NCBI GenBank assembly: GCA_046563655.1 | Contig: CM102285.1 | Span: forward strand, 3,038,001-3,102,000 | DNA from: Yuukianura sp. NJ FZ-2021 | Taxonomy: Eukaryota | DNA: 64,000 bases | Direction: 5' to 3' | Shown here: positions 1-12,418 of the stretch, piece by piece | How positions within the stretch are numbered: the stretch's first letter is position 1 | Layout: each line of letters starts with the position of its first letter | Translations under genes and position numbers: made by a program | The notes under the pieces: model-generated | Seen by the model: only the letters and a program-made list of their open reading frames with translations | Told to the model about the DNA's origin: nothing | The model's database searches: none

Positions 1-58
1 ATGCATTATTTAAAATAACAAATTACTTATTTAAATTTCCAAAACGTTAAAAAATTAC

Positions 59-3000
59 GCGAAGACGGAGGTCGACAGACGTATAGAATTGAGACGGATC
101 AATTTTGTAGTACTGAATGTTGAGTGTTGGCATAAGGCAAATGTCGTCAGCTACGAGCAGTTCATTACTCTGGTCTGGATATTGATATTCGTTGCATTTT
201 CCATAAGTTAAACTGCCATGTTGTCCTAAAATGTAATACTTTGTTTTTATACCTTATCATAATTTTTTTAGTTAACAAAAAATTAAGTTTTTTGTTTTTA
301 AGAAGAATCTCAAAATTTTCATTCGTACTTTTAGTGAATTCCTTTATGAACGTGCCAGTACTGTCAGATAAGTTACCAGACACCGTAGGTTGAATTGGTA
401 TAAAATTTGCGTCACTCGTGTCCAACATGAACCTTTCAAAGTCCTGTTTTGCAAACTTGCTTGAAGTATATGTAACTTGCACATCTAAAAATTTAATGGA
501 ACTTTTTCCTTAAAAAGTTAACCGTTGAGCGCAAATTTTGTTTCTTCTTACCGCCCAGGTCTCGTTTATATTCCCGTAGTAGATTCAAAATGTTTTCTCG
601 TTGCGACTCTTCCAGTTTCTTGGCTTGCACAAATATCAACACTGTGATTCTACTTCCAACTGCCCGCATTTCTCCGCGTCGTATCTTCTCATCTTGAACC
701 CGCACCAGTTCATTTTTCAGTGTCCTGAGAACTTGTGGCAAGTTCATGGGTTGAAGTCCTGTTCAAATTAATTCTGTATTAGTTCTGCCATAAATTTTAA
801 GAATGTAATAAAAACATACCTTGTGGTTGTCGAAGCATTCGGCAGGCTAGGATTGGTGCATTGTCTGTCCAATTGGGTGAAATTAGAACTTGCCCGTTAC
901 GACCATCTACCATGCCAACACGCGATCCAGAAGGCGACACATCAAATTCAAAAGCAAGTTTTCTGAAATGAAAAGTAAAGTCATGAATTCCAATTAAAAT
1001 TTAAAAAATCCTAAAAAATTGATTCATTCATTCATTTTTCATTTTGACAATTTATGCGATGGTGCGAAAATGCTGTATCGATAAAAATTGAGGTAACGTT
1101 GAACAATTTAGCTTACGCAATAAAACGTTGTTGTGCAACCAATTCCTCCCACGTAGTTCCGTGGTCAGGAATTGGATACAGTGTTGTAATTATTTCAGCT
1201 TCCTTTTCTTGATCTGACATAACATAACCGGTAGATGGAGGGCGTCTTGTACACTGCGGATCCGACGCAATTGTGGCTAAAAATATTGTAATGATTTTTT
1301 ATTCCTATATGTTTTAGTAGCAAAAAAATTGTTAGGCCTTTTTAAAGTTAAGTATACTCCAATTATAAGTACTTACATTGAAAACTTTGCATTCTGGAAT
1401 AAGATTGATCAACGAGGTTGACAAAAGCGTTACGCGTTTCCTGAACGACGGGTACTTTCTGAAGTTTCGTGTTGTATAAATAGGCAAACGTTTTTGCCTG
1501 CTCCTTAACAATGTTTTGGTCAATAAGTCCAGGGAAAACGGATGTACGGTCACAGGACCTTGCTGTGTTGTCGCCATAGATACCATCATCGCTGTAGTAC
1601 ATTTCAAGCACTTGGCTTAGAGTAAATCCTCTAGCAAACAAGTCTTGTGCTTTCGTACCAAGAATGATACCTAAAGGAAATTTCGTTGTACATTTAATAG
1701 TTTGAAATTACTTCTAGAATTTATAATTCTATTTTTTTTTGAAATTTTGAGTTTTGCAATTTTGCACATACCGTCCATTCCTCCTCGGATTTCAGCTCCA
1801 GTCATGTAAGACCACGAGTCATGTTCATGTAAGTATGAACTGGTTGGATCTTGCAAAGCATCCAAAATGTACTCACGTGGACAAATGGTATCATTCCAAG
1901 CACCGACCGGCGGCAGAAGATGGCCAATGCGTTGATAGTACTGTCCATTTATAATCGCAGCCTGACCAACATCCCCTACAAATTTTTGTTGTGCAAGAGT
2001 ACACATCATTGAATCGAAATTTACTAGCACTTTAAGAAGGAATCACACATGGCAACGGGGTGTCTCGTTTCGCCTCAAATTAATTAACTTTAACGTCTAA
2101 TTAGAATTCACAGGTATATCGTAGAAATGTGTACAAGGGCTCTAAAAATTCGTCATTATCTGTAGAATACAGAGCATTGAACCGAACTTGAATTTTAGTT
2201 GTAAAGTGATACTAAAAATTGAATACAAGGTTCAATTTTTTCTACGCGTCGAATGATACCAAAATTCGGGAATTTGGTCAAGGCGACTTAAGCGCCATGG
2301 TCTTCCGGATTTTTAGACACCTCAAACACATTTCTAGGTCTTATAATGAACATCTAATTAGCAAAAGTAGATGAAATTCTGAGGTAATTTACAAATTTGC
2401 AAATGTCGGCACTGAAATTAGCCGTCTCCATGGGAACATGTTGATTGTTTTGTTCCAGCTTATTTGATATGTTGTACCCGGAAAAACTTTGATTCGTCAA
2501 CCATTCAAAACAGTGCCGACTTTTGCACGTTTGAGCAGTGATTTTGCTTGGTTACTAACGGCAATGACTGACACCAAATCGTAAACAAACGCTGCCTCTT
2601 ACCCGTCCTTAAAGAAATTTCCGAAATATTGGATTGTGCTGAAAATCATGAATTCGGATTTCCTGTTTTGTAAATTTTGCTCTTACCTGCAAGGGTGGCA
2701 GCGTGTATGTTTTGTAGATCCGAAAACGTCGTACCACCACTTTGTCGCTTTTTCCTTCCAGGATACTGCTGCCATGGTCTGTTGTACTGCGGGTTGTTGT
2801 TGTTGTTCCAATTGTTCCATCCATTGTTACCACCAGTTCCACCTGTACCACCAGACCCACCGTTTGGTGGGTTGCTCTGTCCCGGGTCATTGGAGCCACC
2901 CCCGCCCGAACCCGCCCAACTCACACGAAGTGACTCCGGCAATAACCCCGCTGCAATTCCTACACAGGGCAAAGCAAATTCAAATGTGATTCAACTTGAA

Positions 3001-3970
3001 ACATCTATCTCGTGTTTTAGCCATTAAATTGATAAGCGATTACAGTAACATTAATTTTGTAAAGCAAATTAAAAATAGACATTACCTGCAATTACGCGTC
3101 CCGCAGCAACTGTACCCCAGTCGGTATACACCGTGCCGGTTTCTACCGGACGGCGCGAAGTTCGAGTGTTTCCAGGTAATCCGCGCTTGGCGCGCAGACC
3201 TCCATCATTGTAACGCTGATATCTTTCGACATTTTCGTCATCTCTCAGAGTAGCATTTAGTGATTGAGAAAGCATCCAATGCAGAGCACACTTCAATTAA
3301 AAGATTTCAGAAATTTCAGAATGCATAAATTTTAAAAACTGTTTTTTTTTTCGAATTCTGAAGTATGCTTACTCTTTCGTCATTGTCCAGGAGATCATAC
3401 CGAATGATCTCTCCATTGTGTTGAATCAAATCATGAACAATTTTGGTTTTGACTGATTCATATGAATGCGGTGAGTACTGCAACTCCATGCTTTTTCCCT
3501 GGTCGTAATATATCCCGTCAAATTGATATCTGAAATTTGTGTTCTTTTTTAATTCCAAGATTTTAAAAATCCTTGCACTTTTCATTTATGTAATCTACTA
3601 GGACTTGTTAAGTTAAGTTTTTCTTAAAAGCATTCTGAAAATACGTTTTGATAAGTGTCGGGGCAAGTTTTTTCATATCCCGAAATTTCATTTCCTTTTG
3701 CTCAATTTTACGAATAATTGCAATCAAGTTTGTGATATGAACGGGTTGCCGATTTGCTCTGTTCAAAGCAGTGATATTTTTGTAACACTGCTGAATTGTT
3801 TCTGGAGCGGTGTTTCTCTGTTGAGCCAAGGCGCACGTCAGAAAAGCTAAAAACGAAAGGAACTATTTCAAGTTAGGGGTTCAAGTTATTTCAAATTTTG
3901 CTCAACAATTTTTTCAATACATACCGGCTAGTGTAAACAAGATGGCGGCTTGTGATTGAAGCGCCACCAT
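59..3970 (-). CDS. Multi-exon secreted protein: PGLYRP2-N-terminal-like domain followed by a VWA-like region; runs off the left edge of the window
   Basis: ATG at 3970 begins a signal peptide (MVALQSQAAILFTLA..FLTCALA). ORF-track fragments 3608-3829, 3316-3585, 3069-3296, 2646-2972, 1671-2030, 1363-1641, 493-747 and 165-482 can be joined through GT-AG introns. Motifs GTVAAGRVIAGIAAG, AATLAGDVG, GAWNDT.CP, MTGAEIRGGMDGIILG and LSQVLEMYY resemble the non-catalytic N-terminal region of PGLYRP2. Later FEFDVSPSGSRVGMV is VWA-like. The last visible exon ends at a donor near 58. Confidence 0.7.
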
Positions 3971-5183
3971 TTTTAAAGTTGTTTCAGTTCCACTACGTTT
4001 TGTGTAAGTTTTTTAATGATTCAGTTTAAACTTCTGATTCACACAAAAGTATTTTAAATTGGCCACTTCACACCTTATAGTCCTTAACTCGCTTTCAGTT
4101 TCAGTGTTGATCTAACTAACTGTGCAATTTTTGTTTGTACCAGGATTTTTGCCTTATCACTCTCCCATTACGGATTGGTGTCAGTGCCTTTGTTTCTAAT
4201 CTAATCTAATTGTTTTCCAAACCGAGTGAGCAAAATTTTAGCGTTTTTGTTTCAAATGCGAACTACTCACTTCCTCTAGTCTTATCGGAAGTTTTGGCAC
4301 TGTTTACGAATCTGATTATTCACCGGGTCAAATCAGCGTCAGGTTCTGACAGAGCATACTACGTTTCCTGGAAGTTCCTGTCGAAATAATTATGAATTAT
4401 GTCCGGTCACCGGTCGTATTTTTCAAAAAAATAGTAGTCGTCGTAAAAATCAGTAGTTCCAAATTCGGCAAATTCTAACTTTGAAACTAAACTTTTTTTT
4501 GGAGGCTGGGCAAACCATGTTGTGTAAATGCTTCTATTTGTGTAAAATTTGTGCTACCCAAAAGAGAAAATAGTTTTTCACTTGGTTTTGAGCAATCGAA
4601 AATGACTTTTTTTTGTCTGTTTTGTGATTAGTGAATCATCTCTTTCCGGTGTGACCCGGAACCTAAAGTTTGTTGTTTCAGAGATTATGTCAATGACATT
4701 TTATTCATACGCATAAGCTGTTAGGTTTTTAGCAGGGAGTGAATGGATTTCAAGGAATGTTTCAGCGCGGATATTATAGAAATTAATTCCTTGGGTTTTC
4801 TCAATCAAAGTAAATATCTTCAAAAACATTTGTTTTTAATCTTCTGTAGATTAAATCGACAAAGCTTGAAAACTTAGTTAAAACACGTCATCACAAGGGA
4901 AGCCCTTCAGTCTGCTAGATCAGTTGTACAAATCCATATGTCGAAGTTTAATTCCTTTGAGAATGTAAACTTACGCAATTCACCCCCACGCAGAACCGTA
5001 AACGAACTTTTTCATAATCACTTTCCGGCAGCAGTACAAATTGTTTAAGGTTTTCTTGAAAATTTAGAACCAATTCACATGAAATTGTTTCAAAAATATT
5101 CTATCATCAGTGACCTCGAAAACTCGAAACCAACACTAAAACTTTCGACTTGTGATTCATGAATAACGAACTTTCTAATCAAA

Positions 5184-5876
5184 ATGAGATACCGAAGTGA
5201 CAACGCCATTGTCATTGCTGCTGTCGTTTCGATTTTGCTTCTTACGGCTCTTCGTACATCAGAACCACTGTTTTCAAGTTACAACTGCACTTGTAATTTG
5301 ACATCTCCATGTGACCCTGCTGCTCTTCTGACGTGAATTTCCGGAATTTGTCAGTGCGAAAGTCCATCAAATCAGATTTACTCAGAATCTCAAAATATTT
5401 GTCAAAGTACTGTCGGAGGACAGTGTTCACTGGATCCACAAAATGCTCAGGAAACAAGGAGACCGTGTATTTCCAATGCAGAGTGTGTGGCAGTTTTCAA
5501 CGATCCGCCAAATTCCAACAGTTTGAGTCACACAGAGTGTCGCTGTATTTCAAATTTTATTGAAAATGCTTCTGGCGCATGCGTTCCAGGAATTGGACAA
5601 CCCTGCCATTATGGACCAGATGAGTGCAATCCCCTAGGCATGATTGTGTGCAAAAATGAAAAGTGTCAGTGTTTGGACAATTTACAAACGTATGACGAAG
5701 AGTCCAATCGGTGCGTAAGCCCTGCTGGAACGCACTGCAAATTGGATTCGGTTCAATTGGGATGTGTCAAACACGCCGTTTGCTACCCGTTTTTCTATTG
5801 GCTTCCACCAAAATGCATTTGTAAACCAGGATATGTTCAAACTACAAATAGAACTTGTGTTGAGTACATTGGCTGA
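5184..5876 (+). pseudogene. Secreted two-repeat EB-type Cys-rich protein interrupted by one in-frame TGA (5334-5336)
   Basis: ATG 5184 is followed by a signal peptide (NAIVIAAVVSILLLTALRT) and is in frame with ORF 5487-5876. There are two Cys-rich repeats; the TGA sits where the second repeat has Cys. Confidence 0.65.
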
Positions 5877-6353
5877 AAAATTGCTGCCTGTTAAACACAT
5901 AGTTAAAGAGTTTGAAAAGTTTAGAAAGAGTTTAAAATTTTTTTGTTTAAGGAGTGGTGGGTCCGAAGTTTAATGAGTGTTGTAAGATTTTTTGTTTTTA
6001 CACGAAGCTGTTTTTCATTTCTCGTTAACATGTTTGATTATGAATACTTTCAGCATTAATTTTAATTAGGCTGTAATTTAGTTGACTTAAGTTTTCAAAA
6101 TTAAACATTTGTTAAATTTTGAAAAAAAAAATCGACAACAAGGATCTAAAATGAAGATGACGCATCCTCTGTAGACCACTCGATTATAGCATACCAAACA
6201 TTTTTTATTTAGAAGGGTTTTTTTTTATCGAAAATAAAAATTATATTTAAATTTTGAATTGGACCAATTTTACCATTCTTTCACATCCAAAACACAATAA
6301 GGTCCCCAATTTTTCTAATATATCAAAATCTACGTGTTAAAAGTTAAATAAAC

Positions 6354-6622
6354 GGTAGCACGCCATTGTATCAATTGAATTGTATCAACTGCCATTGCAT
6401 CAACTGAATTGTGTCAATTTGAATTGTATCAACTGGTCAATTGTATCAACGACTAATTGTATCAACGAGTGTAATGCTTAATTTAGCTTAGGTTAGGTTA
6501 GGTTACGTTGGTTGATACAAGTAGCCGTTGACACAATTGAGCGTTGATACAATTCAAATTGACACAATTCAGTTGATGCAATGGCAGTTGATACAATTCA
6601 ATTGATACAATGGCATGGAACC
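6354..6622. mobile_element. Foldback/MITE-like non-autonomous DNA transposon with long modular TIRs and a central (TTAGG)3
   Basis: Ends GGTAGCACGCCATTG...CAATGGCATGGAACC; inverted arms of ~100 bp built of ATTGTATCAA modules; 8-bp TSD AAATAAAC (6346-6353 and 6623-6630). Confidence 0.85.
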
Positions 6623-7363
6623 AAATAAACGAGCCAATTGGCATCAGACTCGTCAGTACAAGTTTCAAAGGATTAGTTTCGAGGTATTAAGCATTGATCC
6701 CGGCATTAGGGAAGCGGCGTAGCAACACATCAGCTGCTCCAGATTTTCGTAAACAGAAAAACGACAAAACCAAAAGGAATTTGGCATTTACATATCAACG
6801 GCAAAAACATACCCCGTTTTGTGTGTAATTTCAATTGCTTGTACTCGTTGCGTCCATATTATCCGATGTAGTGGAATAAATTTAAATTATACAATTCTTT
6901 TTGTTTTAGTTTTATTACTTTAGGCCTTTAGGCATACGTTAAAACTAATTGTAAAGACAAACTCAGTTAAAATTTTTCTATAAAACATTACTGTTTTACA
7001 TCCTGATATATTCACAATACTTTTCATTCTGTTAGCAAAGCGAGATTTAAAATAAAATATATTTAATCCTATAAAATAATAAATATATATAAACGTAATC
7101 ACAAAGGTCGAAGATGTGTTGATAATTAGCAAATAAAACTAATTTTGTATATTTTACTGCAGAATTTTACTATATTTTACAGTAAAAACATACGTTCGTT
7201 ATATTGCAACTTGGTAGAAATGCAATTAAGCCCGACCTTTGAAGTGTTAAAGCGTTCTCAAAATGCATTTGCTCTGGGACTATTTGAGGCTAATCTTCCT
7301 CTTTCCCAACCAATTTCAATTTTTCATTTGAAAGAAATTAACAAACTTTTTGGAATTTGAAAC

Positions 7364-9746
7364 ATGAAATTTGCGTTTGCCCTATACACTTTGTGTTTCT
7401 TATTCCATGCACATAATCACTCCCATGCACTGGATCCGGAATTAGTGGAAGCAGTATCCGCCGCTGTGAAATACTACAATGCGTCTATTACTTTAATGGA
7501 AAAGGTAAATTTATCATTTGAACCGTCAAATTTCTATGTTAGGATCCTATGCAAATCACAAATTTTGAATTGTTTGTGACAGTTCTAGCAAAACTTTCGT
7601 TGCATTAAAAAAATTACTTTGTTGGAAAAATTTTATGTTTTGAAATCGATGGAATAGGGTTTTAAATACCATGGTTATTTCGACTGAATATTTTTTCCTT
7701 TGAATTTTGAAATTTCATAGGCAGAAATGGTGCAGAGGTTTTATGAAATGGAATGGGAAGAAGGTATATTCTTACCAATCAAACTACGAATTGTACCTGA
7801 ACGTATGCAAAAATTACATGAAGAAATGGACTCACTCAAATTTGATGCTAAACATAAAAACCACAACGACAAGAAAATTATCCGAAGAATTCAAGACTTG
7901 GAAAAAGAGTTAATCGAAAACTATGGTCCAAAGGACCGCAATTTCCGAATGCTCAAAAATGATCCATTGTCGCAAGTACAGTCGATACTTTTAGTTTGTA
8001 AACTCAAGTAATTGTATGAATAATTACTTTAATTTAACTAATTAGCTACAGCATTTTGTTTTCAGAACGTTATAGCAGTAAACAAAATGAAAACACGGGT
8101 TGATGGGCTGATTGAAGACTTCAGGGATTATACAGTACTGCAACGGCGTTTCGTAGATACTTATTCAGCTCTTAGAAACCAATTGGGAATATACTTAACT
8201 CCGTCAAATGATGATTCAATTTTCCTATTCGCACAAAATGAGGAGGACCTTGAGGACCTTTTAAAAAAGTTCAAAAAGTCTGAAAACTTCAAAGAAAGTA
8301 TGATTAGATCTTCAGTTTGTACATTGAAAAAGTATTACACATTTTGCGCAATGTAACTAAAAGCCAATTCCTTTATTAGGTAATTTCGGTTTTCTGACGG
8401 TGATGGTGATGGTGGATTGTGCTTCAAGTTTCAATCCACAATACCAGACGGTAGCAAAAACTGTTTCGGTTTTCATGATTGTGGGATGATACTAAGTTAA
8501 TTTTTTGTACCAAATTCGAATTCCGGTTAAGGTGAACCTGAAATGTTATTCTTGTAAACAAACGCTGTAAACATTGTCGCATGTAAGTTTTATGAAAAAA
8601 TCAATATCCCGCATTTACAGTGGGTGGTTACAATCATCTGTAACCCTAACCACTGACGTCATTTGTAACCACTGAGGTCATGTATCTGACCAATCACAAT
8701 GTAACCACCCAGTGTTCATATGGCCTACCACAACGTAACCAACGACGTCATTGCAAACACACTGGTTAATCGTTACATGACGTCAGTGGTTACATGGCGT
8801 CGGTGGTTACATGACGTCAGTGGTTATATGACGTCAGTGGTTACTGTGGGTACAACGCACAATTCCAGCTTACTTCAATTGTTTCGTCAAAAAACAACCA
8901 ACGGTTACATTACGTAACCTCACCTGTAGCGCACCCATTTCCTTTTCACTCGCGGGTACAAGTGCGACCATAAAGTTTACTTCAACCCTTAATTTTAAAT
9001 TCAATTTCGTTTTCGCGGGCACCGAAAGTCTCATTCTCCCCCAACACAAAGGGATTCCTACCGTCCCGTCCGGAGCAGAGACGGGTTTCAGAAAAAGGCC
9101 CAAAATACTCTCAAAACGGATGGTAGGATTGTAGCTACCATCACCATCACAGTCTACCATCCGTTTTTCAGAAAACCGAAATTGTCTATTGTCAAGCTGA
9201 TGACATGGACGAGATCTACGAGAGACTTCATTTGACTCGCAATGCCCCGAGACAAACGAGTCAGGAGTTGCTAGGTAACAACAATTATAGTGCCTAAATT
9301 TTAATGCACTTTGTCATTGGATACAAAAATTTTGAAAGCATAACTTATTAAACACATTTTTCTGAACAGCTCTCCAAAGCATTCTGGACAACAGAGTTGT
9401 TGATCCAGTAACTAAGGAGTTACTGCGAGGATTTATTCCGGACTTAAATGAAAAATCTATTGTGATAATCACCAAACTCAAAGCACTAGAAGCTTTGGTA
9501 AGTACGCTAGCCATAATGTTTAATTTAAGAAGCAAGTCTAAAAAGACTTTGCAGTTTTTCTAACACAAACGTCTAAGCTCTTGTTATTTGTTCAAGGTGG
9601 AAGACATTGACACGGAGTCAAACGAATTTGTGTTTTCTGTTATGGACAAGCGGGAGAGCTTGTTTGCTGATTTGGACGAACTCCAAGAAAAATTTGATGT
9701 CAAACGATATGACCAAATTCTACATGAGGTTCATGAAGAACTGTAA
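7364..9746 (+). CDS. Six-exon helical ER-lumenal protein with signal peptide and C-terminal HEEL (possibly RAP/LRPAP1-like)
   Basis: Approximate exons 7364-7504, 7721-7975, 8066-8298, 9198-9274, 9370-9497 and 9597-9746 have phase-compatible GT-AG junctions. The protein ends ...HEVHEEL* (KDEL-type retention signal). The RAP similarity is tentative. Confidence 0.7.
8379..9186. mobile_element. TA-flanked MITE-like element in intron 3 of the HEEL gene
   Basis: Inverted termini GGTAATTTCGGTTTTCTGA / TCAGAAAACCGAAATTGTC; TA at 8377-8378 and 9187-9188; further inverted similarity (GATGGTGATGGT) inside the ends. Confidence 0.6.
8620..8850. repeat. 18-bp tandem and inverted repeat cluster (TGGTTACATGACGTCAG-like)
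   Basis: About 4 direct copies at 8770-8845 and reverse-complement copies (TAACCACTGACGTCAT) near 8647-8682 and 8735-8751. Confidence 0.75.
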
Positions 9747-10475
9747 TGGTGCTAATAAGACTGTGAGTCAGGTTGAGTAGACGTATCATTTATAAGCTAA
9801 AAGTTTGCACAATGTTTCTTCCAAAATACTTTCAAAAAGGTGCCAAGAGAGAGTACAAGTAAATTCGCGTTGTATTGAATTGGTTTCGTTTTATTTTTAC
9901 TTTATCATTGATTGGTTTGCTTAGCGTTGAAATTCTCATAAATCATTTTCGAACATAACCATGCGCAGTGTAAGTGAAAGCTTTTGTCTAACTCAGTGAA
10001 ATTCAGTTGTGTGTAAAAATTACAACTAAACTAAATGTATTAAATAGTGCGGGAACCTCCCGCGGACGGCATTGTTGTGAAGTTGCATCTTTGACTGCAA
10101 ACGAGAAGTTCGTTTATTGAAGAAACATGTACTCACGGTAACCGTGAAAATTGAGAAAAAGGGGTCTTATTTCCACAGAAAAACCAAAAATTTTAGGTGT
10201 GAATCTCATTGAAATTCAGTTGTGTGTAAAAATTACAACTAAACTAAATGTATTAAATAGTGCGGGAACCTCCCGCGGACGGCATTGTTGTGAAGTTGCA
10301 TCTTTGACTGCAAACGAAAAGTTCGTACATTGAAGAAACATATACTCACGGTAACCGTGAAAATTGAGAAAAAGGGGTCTTGTTTCCACAGAAAAATTAA
10401 AAATTTTTGGTGTGAATCTCAGTGAAATTCAGTTGTGTGTAAAAATTACAACTCAACTAACTGTATGTTAAAGAG

Positions 10476-10923
10476 TGTGAGCGCTCAGCGCGGCTGAGAC
10501 TCACACTCTTATTCGTCTCGGATTGCATACCAAATAAGGATAGAGATGAGAGTGCTTGTTGCACATGCACAAGAAGAGCATAAAAGGGAGTGCAACAGAG
10601 GAATAGAGAGCTCTGTATGGGGTTGAGGCGAGACTAGAGAGGTTAGCATGTAACAGTACTAGGGCCGTAGGATAGATCGTAGGTTAAGTGCTTGTAGGTT
10701 GGACTAAGGGATCCCAATAAAGAGTGTCTACCTGAACTGGTGGTGTGTCGAGTGGGAGTTTACCTTATTGTCCCATTTGAGGCTGAAACAATAACTGGGA
10801 GTGGCAGGTCATACTTGAGACGGGATCAGCGTTCCGTCCGCTATACAGTCGACATAGGCTCCACTGAGTTCTCGGTGTGCTTCTGGTCGGTGTGACGACT
10901 CATCCGCACCGGCAGAGGTCACA
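10476..10923. mobile_element. Solo LTR (448 bp) of an unidentified LTR retrotransposon
   Basis: TGTGA...TCACA termini; 5-bp TSD AAGAG (10471-10475 and 10924-10928); internal AATAAA near 10716; the satellite unit resumes exactly after the TSD. Confidence 0.85.
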
Positions 10924-12022
10924 AAGAGTGTGGTAACCTCCCGCGGATGGCATTGTTGTGAAGTCACATCTTTGACTGCAAACGTGAAGTTCGTATATTG
11001 AAGAAACACGTACTCACGGTAACCGTAAAAATTGAGAAAAAGGGGTCTTATTTCCACAGAAAAACAAAAATTTTAGGTGTGAATCTCAGTGCAATTCAGT
11101 TGTGTGTAGAAATTACAACTCAACTAACTGTATGTTAAAGAGTGCGGTAACCTCCCGCGGACGGCATTGTTGTGAAGTTACATCTTTGACTGCAAACGAG
11201 AAGTTCGTTTATTGAAGAAACATGTACTCACGGTAACCGTGAAAATTGAGAAAAAACGGTCTTGTTTCCACAGAAAAACCAAAAATTTTAGGTGTGAATC
11301 TCATTGAAATTCAGTTGTGTGTAAAAATTACAACTCAACTTACTGTATGTTAAAGAGTGTGGTAACCTCCCGCGGATGGCATTGTTGTGAAGTTACATCT
11401 TTGACTGCAAACGAGAAGTTCGTTTATTGAAGAAACATGTACTCACGGTAACCGTGAAAATTGAGAAAAAGGGGTCTTGTTTCCAAAGAAAAACCAAAAA
11501 TTTTTGGTGTGAATTTCAGTGAAATTCAGTTGTGTGTAAAAATTACAACTCAACTAACTGTATGTTAAAGAGTGCGGGAACCTCCCGCGGAAGGCATTGT
11601 TGTGAAGTTACATCTTTGACTGCAAACGAGAAGTTCGTATATTGAAGAAACATGTACTCACGGTAGCCGTGAAAATTGAGAAAAAAGGGTCTTGTTTCCA
11701 CAGAAAAACCAAAAATTTTGGTGTGAATCTCAGTGAAATTCAGTTGTGTGTAAAAATTACAACTCAACTAACTGTATGCTAAAGAGTGCGGGAACCTCCC
11801 GCGGATGGCATTGTTGTGAAGTTACATCTTTGACTGCAAACGAGAAGTTCGTTTATTGAAGAAACATGTACTCACGGTAACCGTGAAAATTGAGAAAAAA
11901 GGGTCTTGTTTCCACAGAAAAACCAAAAATTTTTGGTGTGAATCTCATTGAAATTCAGTTGTGTGTAAAAATTACAACTCAACTAACTGTATGTTAAAGA
12001 GTGCGGGAACCTCCCGCGGATG

Positions 12023-12407
12023 TGTAGTAAGTAAGAGATTCGGAAGAATACTGATGATTTATTCAGAGATTCCAGAAATATTTATACTAAGCAAAAAGGT
12101 ATTGTCCTTAGCTAAGGGTCTGTTTGTAACATAATAAAAGGACAGAAAGTATAAAACTGGAATGGAGAGCAAAAACAGTTTTTGGGGTCACCTAATGCTA
12201 TTGCATGGGTGACCGTCATATGAGGACTTTTATGACAGTAAAAGTCCTTGCACTTTTAGAATTTGGAAAAGGGAGATTGAAAACAAGTCGGCAGATTCTC
12301 AAAAGATTTTAAGAAACTGGATCAAAAACAGGATGCTACTTTTATGGTTAGGTCAAGTGACCTGACCTTAAACTTTTGGAAAAACTGAAACTTATTTTTT
12401 AATTACA
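12023..12407 (-). repeat. 3' LTR of the copia element
   Basis: Direct repeat of 19056-19440; no differences seen by eye. Confidence 0.95.
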
Positions 12408-12418
12408 CGACCCCTCAA
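12408..12418 (-). promoter_or_regulatory. Short polypurine tract overlapping the ORF stop codon
   Basis: Minus strand reads GAT TGA GGGGTCG immediately before the TGTAAT start of the 3' LTR. Confidence 0.6.

Noticed and set aside
8870-9160. 96-aa minus-strand ORF as a gene
   Set aside because: It lies within the intronic MITE-like element and has no recognisable motif.
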